Virus record (IMG/VR): IMGVR_UViG_3300022542_000792
Span: 4,222 to 68,221 of that record
Direction: 5' to 3' (one strand)
DNA from: a virus
Length of the DNA stretch: 64,000 nt
Under the pieces are notes generated by a model, which was not told the DNA's origin, ran no database searches, and was given only the letters and a program-made list of their open reading frames with translations. The position numbers and the translations under genes were made by a program. This document shows, in pieces, positions 9,623 to 18,373 of the stretch; positions within the stretch are counted from its first letter, which is position 1, and every line of letters starts with the position of its first letter.

Positions 9623-9878
9623 TATTATTCTCCATTATACTCATTGCGTTTTCGAATCGTTCTTCTATTGATTTATCACCCACATATGATGCATCAGGTA
9701 TAAGTGTAATTTCTAGTGTTACCTTAGGAGTTTCTCCCATAGGAACACGTATAGAACGCCCATCCATCGTTTGCTCATCTGCATAAGATTTCTCAAATCT
9801 TATATCTGTGCTTGTAATCAACGCATCAAATCCAAAATTTTTAATATATGATTTAAAATCATCTAAAGATGTTATCAT
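9612..9878 (-). CDS. Small protein with C-terminal FENAMS tag
   Basis: 88 aa, TAATG-coupled to upstream gene; ends IEERFENAMSIMENNNGT. Confidence 0.6.
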   Translation of the reverse strand: MITSLDDFKSYIKNFGFDALITSTDIRFEKSYADEQTMDGRSIRVPMGETPKVTLEITLIPDASYVGDKSIEERFENAMSIMENNNGT

Positions 9879-10504
9879 TATTCTATCCCCTTCATTGCTC
9901 GTTCAAAAGCTGTTTTTTGATTCGTATCATGATATACTGACTCAACAAACGACTTTGGTTCGTTAGATGTTGCAGCGAATGTTCCCATTTCTGTTTCTTT
10001 CCAACCACCGTTTCGTATTGCTGCGTTTGTTGTCTGAGTATTCTCCAATCCTGCAAGTTGCTTTTCTGTCTTTTCTGTAGGAATACCCATTGACATTGAT
10101 TTTTCTAATTTTTCCCTAAAGTACCTAATGTCTTCGCCTATATCCAAGGCTTGTCTACTTGGTAATGTTTCGATATGAGAACCTCTGCCTTTTACAGGAT
10201 GTGGGAATGTGAAATCCTCAACTATGGGATGTGGATCATATCCTTTTGTGACTCTTGTGTCTGCATCCAATTGTTTAATTATTTCATCACACGAATATCC
10301 TAAATCTTCTGGAGTCCAACGTTTTGTAATATGTGGAAGTGTGAAGTCTTCAGTAGTTGACTGGTTATCTAATATTTTTGTATTCAAATCATTAACTGCA
10401 CGTAACCTTCTTTTAAGCTCATCAATTTCTTCCAACATTTCAAACCTTTTTGTTCTCAACTCATCGATTTCTTCCTGCATCGTTATTAGATTTTTATTAT
10501 TCAT
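9878..10504 (-). CDS. Protein containing a portal-protein fragment and C-terminal FERAMK tag
   Basis: 44-aa segment with 20/44 ungapped identities to this window's portal; ends TAFERAMKGIE; GGAG SD. Confidence 0.7.
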   Translation of the reverse strand: MNNKNLITMQEEIDELRTKRFEMLEEIDELKRRLRAVNDLNTKILDNQSTTEDFTLPHITKRWTPEDLGYSCDEIIKQLDADTRVTKGYDPHPIVEDFTFPHPVKGRGSHIETLPSRQALDIGEDIRYFREKLEKSMSMGIPTEKTEKQLAGLENTQTTNAAIRNGGWKETEMGTFAATSNEPKSFVESVYHDTNQKTAFERAMKGIE

Positions 10505-10518
10505 TTTTATTATTCTCC

Positions 10519-11451
10519 TTACACACCTGCTAAGCGTATAAACATTGCTGATGCATTTATTTCAGTGTCTGCGACAGCTGAATGCTTGTATAAATGGTCA
10601 GCGATAATAACAATACCAGCTTCCCACTTATCTTGATTTGAAAATTTTGCAGATTTTTCTAAATTCTCGTATAAGAAGCGATATACATCTTCCCATTCTT
10701 CTGCTGCAACATTTCCACACAATAGTTTACGAACTTCAAACCAGTTATCTCTTTCCAATAAATCCAGTAACTTAAATTTGTAATCACCGACTTCGCCAGA
10801 TGATGTTGGTTCTTGAAGAGCACCATCAATTGTATTCTGTTGTAGGAGATTTATAATTTTACGGATGTCAGGATATCCTGCAGTTACATATTTGTCAATT
10901 AAATCAAGAGTAAATTTAACTTGCTCAGTTGCAAGTATTGTAACAACTCGTTCTGCAATTTCATCTTTGTCAAACGATTTGAAACGATAGTGTTGACAAC
11001 GAGAACGAATTGCAGGCATAATTTTATGTTCGTAATTGCAAGTGAGAATAAAGCGAGCACTATCAGAAAACTCTTCCATCAATCTACGCATTACTGCTTG
11101 TCCATTTTGAGTAATGAAATCTGCTTCTTCAAGAAGAACGACTTTATATTCACCCATTGCAAATGTAGAAATGAAATTCTTTAACTTCTCACGGATGACA
11201 TCAACAGAGTTTTCATCTGATGCGTTGATAATAAGAACATCTGTTTCTTCTAGTTCTAATTCTTTAATGAGCATTAAGGCGAGTGTGGTCTTACCACTAC
11301 CTTGAACACCAGAAAGCAACAAGTTAGGAATACTTTGGTCAGCAACCATTTTTAGGATTGCTAATTTTTGTGTGTGGTTTTGGAAGAGATAATCTTCCAC
11401 GGTTTGTGGGCGGTATTTTTCCGTCCAGAGTTTTTCAAGATTTTTTGCCAT
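10519..11451 (-). CDS. Clamp loader large subunit (gp44/RFC AAA+ ATPase)
   Basis: LWTEKYRP, GVQGSGKT Walker A, INASD, LEEAD, FILTCN and IRSRC motifs. Confidence 0.95.
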   Translation of the reverse strand: MAKNLEKLWTEKYRPQTVEDYLFQNHTQKLAILKMVADQSIPNLLLSGVQGSGKTTLALMLIKELELEETDVLIINASDENSVDVIREKLKNFISTFAMGEYKVVLLEEADFITQNGQAVMRRLMEEFSDSARFILTCNYEHKIMPAIRSRCQHYRFKSFDKDEIAERVVTILATEQVKFTLDLIDKYVTAGYPDIRKIINLLQQNTIDGALQEPTSSGEVGDYKFKLLDLLERDNWFEVRKLLCGNVAAEEWEDVYRFLYENLEKSAKFSNQDKWEAGIVIIADHLYKHSAVADTEINASAMFIRLAGV

Positions 11452-11477
11452 TTATTATTCTCCTTGTAGCAACGTAT

Positions 11478-11505
11478 ATTATACTACAAAGAGAAAAAAT
11501 GTCAA
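11478..11505 (-). promoter_or_regulatory. sigma70-type early promoter of clamp-loader operon
   Basis: TTGACA-16 nt-TATAAT, followed by AAGGAG SD. Confidence 0.75.
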
Positions 11506-11507
11506 CT

Positions 11508-12659
11508 TTATTCGTTGGGGGTAGGCTGTCTTTCTAGAACTAATTCAGGGGTACGAACACGAGCGGTAACTTGCTTACGACGAAGAAGCTGCTCAATCTG
11601 TTCTTTTTCCATTTTCTCTTGTGGAGTTAATTCATGTTTTTGGTTCATAGATGATAACATGGATTGTAGCTGCTCAATGCTGCTTGCCAATGGGTTATCA
11701 GTATCTTTTTCTTCAACATTATAATCAAGAAGGTCATCAACTGTTGTTACTGTTGGTTCGGGTTCTTCTGTTTTTTCAATATCTCCATCAGGCAACTCTG
11801 TTACTAAAGAACCTCTACCATCTTCGGGATGTGGATTATCAGGATATTCGTCTTGGTGTGTTTGATGAACATAATCTTCAGCACTAACTTCAACATAATC
11901 ATTTACGCGTTTGTGTACTTTGTATGTGCCATTATCCTTTTGTCGTTGAACAATAGCGATGTTTGAACCAATTGTTAAAATAACGGCAAGCGGGTCAAAG
12001 ACAAATATGATAAGAAAAATCATCCATTTTGTCGCATCGTCAACATCACTACCAAATGCTTTAGCAATAAAGATGATTGGTCCAGTATGCGCTTCTTGTT
12101 GGATTACCGCATTCTTTATTTTGTGTTGTTCAGTTGTTGTAGTTTGAAGCTCACGTGCATATCGTTTAAGGTCAATATCAATTTGAGCACGTTCTGCATT
12201 TTGTGACTCACGCATTTTTCTTCTGTTCGTGCTATGGTTACCAGGAATAGAATCAATTTGAGCATCAAGGCGAGCACGTTGATTAATTCGTTCTTGCTTT
12301 AAATCTCCAATTTCTTTTTTGCGTTCATCAAACAATGCAATCTTTGACTGCATCTCTTTTAATGGAAGTGTGTCTTGTTGATACGCAGCAGAAAGGTAAC
12401 CAAATATACCAGCCGATGTTATTACCATTAAAATAAGGATGGCTGAAATCAAGTATGATTTCATTAAGAATGAAATTGTTGACCAGTATCTATATACGTA
12501 TGAAGCTGAAATAAGTTTTCCAGCTTCTAGTGATGTCGCCATTACTACAACAGGCCAAAAGGAACCTGAAAATATATTTGCTAATCCATAGATACTAAAA
12601 AATGCTGCAGAGCCAGCAATTGAAAGTGTAACGAGGATGAGTGTAACGATAAATCCCAT
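11508..12659 (-). CDS. Membrane protein with coiled coil
   Basis: Three N-terminal hydrophobic helices, coiled coil, further TM (IFLIIFVFDPLAV), acidic tail; late motif upstream. Confidence 0.65.
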   Translation of the reverse strand: MGFIVTLILVTLSIAGSAAFFSIYGLANIFSGSFWPVVVMATSLEAGKLISASYVYRYWSTISFLMKSYLISAILILMVITSAGIFGYLSAAYQQDTLPLKEMQSKIALFDERKKEIGDLKQERINQRARLDAQIDSIPGNHSTNRRKMRESQNAERAQIDIDLKRYARELQTTTTEQHKIKNAVIQQEAHTGPIIFIAKAFGSDVDDATKWMIFLIIFVFDPLAVILTIGSNIAIVQRQKDNGTYKVHKRVNDYVEVSAEDYVHQTHQDEYPDNPHPEDGRGSLVTELPDGDIEKTEEPEPTVTTVDDLLDYNVEEKDTDNPLASSIEQLQSMLSSMNQKHELTPQEKMEKEQIEQLLRRKQVTARVRTPELVLERQPTPNE

Positions 12660-12716
12660 AATTTTTCTCCACTAAAGTAGTTGCATATATTTATGGTTCA
12701 AAATTATGGGACTTTG

Positions 12717-13025
12717 TTATTGTTGAGGATATTCTTGTGAAACAAGCATTACTTTACTAGAATCTGTTTTCCAGATTTCAACACCATCATGCTTAATTCC
12801 TCTAGTCCACATTAATGGTTCAACAAAAATATAATCACCTTTTTGTATATCTTCTTCAGGAACATCAGGTCCAAGTGCTAATACTTTACCCCACCTACCT
12901 TCTTGAGTAGTGTTTTGGTGTCCACCTTTAATTTCAAACCCCCAATCGGTCTTTTCTTCAAATAATCCACCTTTGACCTCATCGGCGAAAAAGAAAAGTA
13001 TGCCATTAAATAATGGTGTTATCAT
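12717..13025 (-). CDS. groES: Co-chaperonin GroES-like
   Basis: ITPLFNGI..GKVLALGPDV..IQKGDYI pattern, 102 aa. Confidence 0.75.
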   Translation of the reverse strand: MITPLFNGILFFFADEVKGGLFEEKTDWGFEIKGGHQNTTQEGRWGKVLALGPDVPEEDIQKGDYIFVEPLMWTRGIKHDGVEIWKTDSSKVMLVSQEYPQQ

Positions 13026-13243
13026 TTGTCTGCCTCTGTATTATCTGTTATTGTTGGTTCAACATCTACTTCAACTGTTTCAACTTTCTTAATCTTTTTC
13101 GTGCGACGACGAAGTTTCTTGTCAATGAAGTCTTCACGATTTCTAACATCTGTTGGCTTTGGTGCTGAAGCAATTTGGGCTTTGATTTTAAGAAGGTCAA
13201 AATCTATAACCTCACCTTTAGCGCTTCTTGTTTTCTTTGGCAT
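13022..13243 (-). CDS. Small basic hypothetical protein
   Basis: ORF with AGGAG SD, ATGA overlap with groES. Confidence 0.6.
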   Translation of the reverse strand: MPKKTRSAKGEVIDFDLLKIKAQIASAPKPTDVRNREDFIDKKLRRRTKKIKKVETVEVDVEPTITDNTEADK

Positions 13244-13265
13244 ACTGGAATTCTCCTATGTATTA

Positions 13266-13841
13266 TTATTCGACTTTCAAAAAATCATCTATGTTTAGTT
13301 CATATTCAACCGAGTCTACATCGTGTACACCTATAAGATATAACACAAACGAAGAAACACTGCTTCCTCGTCCAACACCCCATACAATATTTTGTGAGTC
13401 TAGGGTATTTATGATATAAATTATCGTACGGAGAACATTTGTTAATCCAAGTTTTTTATATAGAGAAAGTTCTGTAGAAATGCGGATTAATCTATCATTA
13501 AGTTGTTGTTCATTTAATTCGTCACACCGTATATCAAGTTGTTGAGCAATATAATCAACAAGGTCGAGATCCATATATTCTTCTGGAATATTCCACGAAA
13601 AATCTAATGATGAGACAGAATCCTTAACCCTAATTTGCTCATCTGGTCCAACAAATCTATTAAATTGCTTTATTTCATTAGTAATTTTGTCAGTGAAGAT
13701 TCCAGACAATGACGCACCAGTTTGTATAAGTTGCATAAGTGCATCACTAGCAAACATTGAGTCGCCATCATAAAACAGACACCTATCTTTTAATTGTGTA
13801 CTATTCATAGGAGCTTTTATACTCACCAGATGATGTATCAA
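13266..13841 (-). CDS. dnaE: DNA polymerase III alpha (DnaE-type) N-terminal palm fragment
   Basis: RISTELSL..IVWGVGRGSSVSSFVLYLIGVHDVD..L..DDFLK corresponds to the DnaE GxGRGSxxGS..LGITxxD region; true start may be MNSTQ. Confidence 0.85.
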   Translation of the reverse strand: MIHHLVSIKAPMNSTQLKDRCLFYDGDSMFASDALMQLIQTGASLSGIFTDKITNEIKQFNRFVGPDEQIRVKDSVSSLDFSWNIPEEYMDLDLVDYIAQQLDIRCDELNEQQLNDRLIRISTELSLYKKLGLTNVLRTIIYIINTLDSQNIVWGVGRGSSVSSFVLYLIGVHDVDSVEYELNIDDFLKVE

Positions 13842-14187
13842 TATCTGGTGTTTTTACTTGCTGTTGTCCCTTCGCAATTGGTGCATTTGGATTCAATTCA
13901 ATTGGTGCTGGTGGTGCTGGCTGGTGTACTACACCATCCAATGAACTTGGTCCTGGAGCATAAGCAGGTGTTGGTACTGGAATGTATGCGGGTGGGGTTG
14001 GAATTGCTGGTACTGGTTCAGGAATAGGAGCATCTTCAATCATATCAATCTTATTACGAATTCGTCTCCATTGTTCAATAGAAGGAACCCACTCGTCACC
14101 TTGCATTTCTTCAACACCTTCAAGCCAAGCACGAAACTCAACTAATGTTGTTTTCTTTCTACTTTTGGTTTTCTTTTTTGCCGCCAT
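13801..14187 (-). CDS. Hypothetical protein, Pro-rich
   Basis: ORF track; EFRAWLEGVEEMQ..W.P...QW N-terminal domain. Confidence 0.6.
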   Translation of the reverse strand: MAAKKKTKSRKKTTLVEFRAWLEGVEEMQGDEWVPSIEQWRRIRNKIDMIEDAPIPEPVPAIPTPPAYIPVPTPAYAPGPSSLDGVVHQPAPPAPIELNPNAPIAKGQQQVKTPDIDTSSGEYKSSYE

Positions 14188-14212
14188 AATTATTATCTCT
14201 TGTTATTTGTTA

Positions 14213-14701
14213 TTATGTTAATATATCGCCTACATATAAGTCTTTCAAATATTTATTATATGTATCAGATGGTGCTATATTTATCCATTCATTTGGTCCG
14301 ATAGGATGACAAAGCATCTGGTGCTTATTAAGTGATGGTGCAACATTTTGATGTTCTGGTGTATAATCAACAACTATGATACGACCAGGAACGTGTGAAT
14401 GAATATCAGGTCCACCAACCAAAGCTGTAAATTCTCTTCCAGCAAGATTCCCAATTTCTACAACATCTACTTGTTGAGTATCTTCAGCATATATGAGAAC
14501 ATTCCAATTTGCTGGAACAATAAAGTCAAATCCTTTAATGCGGAGTGTTACGGATGGACATACGATTTCTTCAAGAACTAACAGTGGAGCTAATGTGAAG
14601 TCTAGCATTGCTAAATCTAAAACATAAAAATATTCTGTAAGTGTGGGAGTATAGATACTATCCAATATGATTGCTTCGGCATTTTCATCAAATATTAACA
14701 T
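14213..14701 (-). CDS. Hypothetical beta-rich protein
   Basis: ORF directly downstream of a sigma70 promoter. Confidence 0.6.
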   Translation of the reverse strand: MLIFDENAEAIILDSIYTPTLTEYFYVLDLAMLDFTLAPLLVLEEIVCPSVTLRIKGFDFIVPANWNVLIYAEDTQQVDVVEIGNLAGREFTALVGGPDIHSHVPGRIIVVDYTPEHQNVAPSLNKHQMLCHPIGPNEWINIAPSDTYNKYLKDLYVGDILT

Positions 14702-14729
14702 AATTTCTCTTTTTTATTGTTATTGTTGT

Positions 14730-14758
14730 ATTATACTAAATTTAATTGGTATAGTCAA
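14730..14758 (-). promoter_or_regulatory. sigma70-type promoter
   Basis: TTGACT-17 nt-TATAAT. Confidence 0.75.
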
Positions 14759-16265
14759 CCTTTCGTTTCTTATGAGGGTATTCGGCCTCTTTGTAAAATT
14801 TAATTCGTTCTCTGACGTGCTTCTTACCATATTTCAAATCCGAACATATATCAGTGACGTCAACGTGGTCTTTATCGGGTGCTTTTCTTAGTCCACGTCC
14901 AATGGTTTGAATAACCCTAATAAAAGATTTCCCCACATCAATAAACATTAGGTTAAAAATTCGTTTAATGTTTAATCCTGTACTTGCAATTTGGACCGTT
15001 GCAATTACAACAAGGTTATCATTTTCTTTAAATAATTGATAAACTTCTTTTCTTGCTTTCTTTTTATCTTTACCGTGAACAAAAATTGCACCAGGAATTA
15101 ATTTGGCTAACTTCTTACCAAAGTTGACGCCATCAACCAAACAAAATACATTACCTTTGCCCACATCTCGTTTTGCTTCAATGTACATTTTAATCCATTC
15201 AAGACGGTCCTTGTTCGTTTGCAAATATCCTTTCTCTGCTGGATACTCAGGGAAGTATGAATCTTTGAATTGTGTATAAGTTAATTTCTTGTGTTCTGAC
15301 TTTGCTATTGCTGACATCTCTTCATATTCTCGAAGATATCGTTCATATTGTTCCGTAAAATCTTCTTCAAGCTGCATAATATTAATATGAAGACTTGCTA
15401 ACCATCCTTGCTTAATTAACTCTGCTGCAGTAATAGAATACTGTACATCACCAACTGCAATACGAACAGCCATCGCATCTGTTTCTGCTTTTGGAAGCGT
15501 TCCAGTTAAACCAAAACGATATGAAATATTGTGTCCGTGTTCATTTAAAAGCTTTGTTAATACTTGTCCCTTCAATCCGTGACACTCATCAACTAATACT
15601 AATTGAAATTCAGTAATTATTTTAGGATTGTTCTGCAATGCTTGCCATGTGGAAACAACATGTTGGTGTTTAATATCTTTACAATCACCACTATACTCAC
15701 CAGTATCCAATCCCCAATAAAGGAAATCAGTTCTCGTTTGTTCAATTAAATCTTGGTTAGGAACGACAGTAATTGTTTTCAATCCCATCTTTCCATACGA
15801 ATCAACAAGTGCGGCATTACAAATCGTTTTACCAGCACCTGTTCCAGCCAATGCTATACCACCAGCATTTTCAATTAATGAATTAACCAAATCAACTTGA
15901 TATGGGCGTAACTGGATAGGCTCGCCAGTCTCTGGGTCTTCTATATGAGAAAAATAATCTTTATCAATTAATGGAGGTGTTATTGCTTTTCCTATTCGTT
16001 GGTCTATTAAATCCAACTTATAACCAAAAGCAGTTAATTTTGGGATTATATCACCCAACAGATACGTATACGTTTTGCCAGTTTTGTGAAAGTATCTGAT
16101 TTTACCATCCCAACTTCCAAGTTTGAATCTCGGGTTGAAGAAATGGTTTGGTGCAAACCGTGCGAACTCTTCATAGAAATATAATACGTGGTCTGGTGTT
16201 AATCCAACAATAACTGCATTGACTTCATCAAGCAGTTTTATTTTAACAGTCCTAAATTGTGACAT
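14742..16265 (-). CDS. uvsW: UvsW-like SF2 DNA helicase
   Basis: LRPYQ, GTGAGKT, DECH, GLTGT and QTIGRGLR motifs; WDGKIR N-terminal motif. Confidence 0.9.
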   Translation of the reverse strand: MSQFRTVKIKLLDEVNAVIVGLTPDHVLYFYEEFARFAPNHFFNPRFKLGSWDGKIRYFHKTGKTYTYLLGDIIPKLTAFGYKLDLIDQRIGKAITPPLIDKDYFSHIEDPETGEPIQLRPYQVDLVNSLIENAGGIALAGTGAGKTICNAALVDSYGKMGLKTITVVPNQDLIEQTRTDFLYWGLDTGEYSGDCKDIKHQHVVSTWQALQNNPKIITEFQLVLVDECHGLKGQVLTKLLNEHGHNISYRFGLTGTLPKAETDAMAVRIAVGDVQYSITAAELIKQGWLASLHINIMQLEEDFTEQYERYLREYEEMSAIAKSEHKKLTYTQFKDSYFPEYPAEKGYLQTNKDRLEWIKMYIEAKRDVGKGNVFCLVDGVNFGKKLAKLIPGAIFVHGKDKKKARKEVYQLFKENDNLVVIATVQIASTGLNIKRIFNLMFIDVGKSFIRVIQTIGRGLRKAPDKDHVDVTDICSDLKYGKKHVRERIKFYKEAEYPHKKRKVDYTN

Positions 16266-16710
16266 CTTCCAATGCGCTCACTCTTATTTTTGTAATGTTA
16301 TTGAGGGCGTATCCACGAGACTTGAATGCTTCTATTACAGCATCATACCTATCATACAACTCTTTAACTTCAAGAAAAACTTCAAGCATATCCAAGTATG
16401 CTTTTTCATTATCAATGTATTTGTCTTTTGCTCTATCAGATAATTCACGAGAGTAAGTTTCAGTATATGATTTAAACAGTTTACCTCTAACCCTACTAAT
16501 TTGTCCATCATAATACTTAACGAGAGAATATAATTCAATTCTTCGTTGGTCATAATAACTCTGCCAACCAGGATGTTCGCGGTTTGCGTGTTCTAATTTC
16601 TTCCCTTTAATTTCAAGGTTCTTTTCAAATCCATCAAGCGCTGATTCATACTCTGTCAGAATATCTGGTAGAGATTTTTTATTTTCAACAAGGTCAGCAA
16701 TTAAGCTCAA
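16252..16710 (-). CDS. uvsY: UvsY-like recombination mediator
   Basis: 152 aa helical, ends AFKSRGYALNNITKIR; adjacent to uvsW. Confidence 0.7.
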   Translation of the reverse strand: MSLIADLVENKKSLPDILTEYESALDGFEKNLEIKGKKLEHANREHPGWQSYYDQRRIELYSLVKYYDGQISRVRGKLFKSYTETYSRELSDRAKDKYIDNEKAYLDMLEVFLEVKELYDRYDAVIEAFKSRGYALNNITKIRVSALEDVTI

Positions 16711-17225
16711 TGTATTTTATCCTTATCCAAATGTTGCATAATTTGTCGTATTTTATCTTCAGATAATCCTTCGGTATCAAACCCTGTTATTGATGTGGCG
16801 GCTTGTGTTTCAAGATTGTCAATTGCATCAACAATTTCTTCAATGTTTTCATAATTCTTTTCTTTTCGCTGGATAAAGTATTCAGTTATTTCTTCTACTG
16901 AACCATTTTCAACTAAATCAAGAGGAATGCCAACACGGAGAATCCGACGAAATGTTTCTGCGTTATCTTCTGTTATAGAAATTGTTTTACCTGTATCAAG
17001 TACTATATTTTCACCTGGTATGAGTTGAATGAAACCAATGAGGACGATTACATCATCTTCTGGTGCCAATTGAGCATCTTCCCAAACAACATTAGAACCA
17101 GCATCCTCCTCAAGAGCAAGGAGGACACCTTCTAATACATGAGGCATTGATTGTAGGATTAAATCAGTATTTTCATAATAAAGACGACTCCGTTCTTCAA
17201 ACAGTTCTTTAATATCTAGCATCAA
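16707..17225 (-). CDS. Hypothetical acidic protein
   Basis: ORF with 4-nt overlaps on both sides. Confidence 0.6.
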   Translation of the reverse strand: MMLDIKELFEERSRLYYENTDLILQSMPHVLEGVLLALEEDAGSNVVWEDAQLAPEDDVIVLIGFIQLIPGENIVLDTGKTISITEDNAETFRRILRVGIPLDLVENGSVEEITEYFIQRKEKNYENIEEIVDAIDNLETQAATSITGFDTEGLSEDKIRQIMQHLDKDKIH

Positions 17226-18301
17226 CTACCCCACACAAGGTCCTGAGCATCCATAAGCAAAGCAGCGGCAAATTTAAGGTCAGGTTTCTTACGAAGGTCA
17301 GTTTTCTTATACCAAACTTCACGTACTTCCCTATCCATTTCTTCTGCGTATGCTACAACTTCATCATATGTCCATGCACCATCACGAATGCTCAATAGTT
17401 CCTGAGCATCAGGTCGTTTAACGATAAGCTCTCCATCACGAAGCGCTTCTACACCCATACGAAGTAAACGCACAAGATGCATTGCATGCTTAGTATCGTA
17501 CCCGAATTGTTCTTCAAGTTTACCACGAGCTTCGTTACGGTTCTTTTTCCAATCCCAATACTGCTTGTGCTTATCTTTTGCAAGATTGTATTCTTCTTTG
17601 TTATATTTAACAACAAATGAAGGAATGCGTTCACTACCAGTAAGACCAATAACAGTTTCGTCATTGGTGTTCAGTGTAAAGTCATCAGAATAAGTTTGAT
17701 ATCCTTTTGATTCAAGTACACCAAAAATATTGTGACCATATGGAATCAATCTCCAATCGTTACGAAAATCTTCCAAATCAATCCGGAACATTTTGTTACC
17801 AGTAAAGTTTTGTACCAAAGATACAAAATCAATTTGACGAGGTGGTTCAATAGATTGAGGATTATTAATCCATTTGTTGTGGCCTTTAATTCGTTTCAAT
17901 TGAGCTAACGCATAACCACTTGTCGTGAATGCGATTTTTGAAGAAAGCAATGCGTGACGATTTTCACGAAGTAAATCATACGCAGGCGTTCTGAAAGTAA
18001 TATCAATATCATCCACCCACAATGTTTCTACAATGTTAGGATTACAATCAAGTGTCAACTTCATAAAATGAGATAACTCAAATAACTTGGTATCCTCTTC
18101 TGTAACGTCTTCACATTCACGGACAGTGAAAAACGGTGTACGTACATTGATTGGGTCGGCACAAAAGATACCACGAAAATCAATATCTGAAGTTGGTAAA
18201 TTTGTTCCATACGAAATTGAACCTGCATAGTGTTTAACCAGCATATTGTCTTTCATTAATTCTTGTGCGCTTCTAAGCGATTTAATCTGATGTGTTTGCA
18301 T
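17222..18301 (-). CDS. Pol-beta-superfamily nucleotidyltransferase (RlaP/YcgL-like)
   Basis: GSISYGTNLPTSDIDFRG (GS..DxD), NPNIVE and YDTKHAMHLVRLL motifs. Confidence 0.8.
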   Translation of the reverse strand: MQTHQIKSLRSAQELMKDNMLVKHYAGSISYGTNLPTSDIDFRGIFCADPINVRTPFFTVRECEDVTEEDTKLFELSHFMKLTLDCNPNIVETLWVDDIDITFRTPAYDLLRENRHALLSSKIAFTTSGYALAQLKRIKGHNKWINNPQSIEPPRQIDFVSLVQNFTGNKMFRIDLEDFRNDWRLIPYGHNIFGVLESKGYQTYSDDFTLNTNDETVIGLTGSERIPSFVVKYNKEEYNLAKDKHKQYWDWKKNRNEARGKLEEQFGYDTKHAMHLVRLLRMGVEALRDGELIVKRPDAQELLSIRDGAWTYDEVVAYAEEMDREVREVWYKKTDLRKKPDLKFAAALLMDAQDLVWGS

Positions 18302-18338
18302 TACAATTCCCCATAAAAATATAGCCAGTTCAGAGTAT

Positions 18339-18367
18339 ATTATACCCTAAACCAGCTATAAAGTCAA
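18339..18367 (-). promoter_or_regulatory. sigma70-type promoter
   Basis: TTGACT-17 nt-TATAAT. Confidence 0.75.
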
Positions 18368-18373
18368 CAGATA

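Noticed and set aside
14213-14701. Possible Hint/intein-like trans-splicing factor for the split DnaE
   Set aside because: No N-terminal Cys/Ser or C-terminal His-Asn, and the DnaE pieces carry no intein halves; only beta-rich composition and proximity suggested it.
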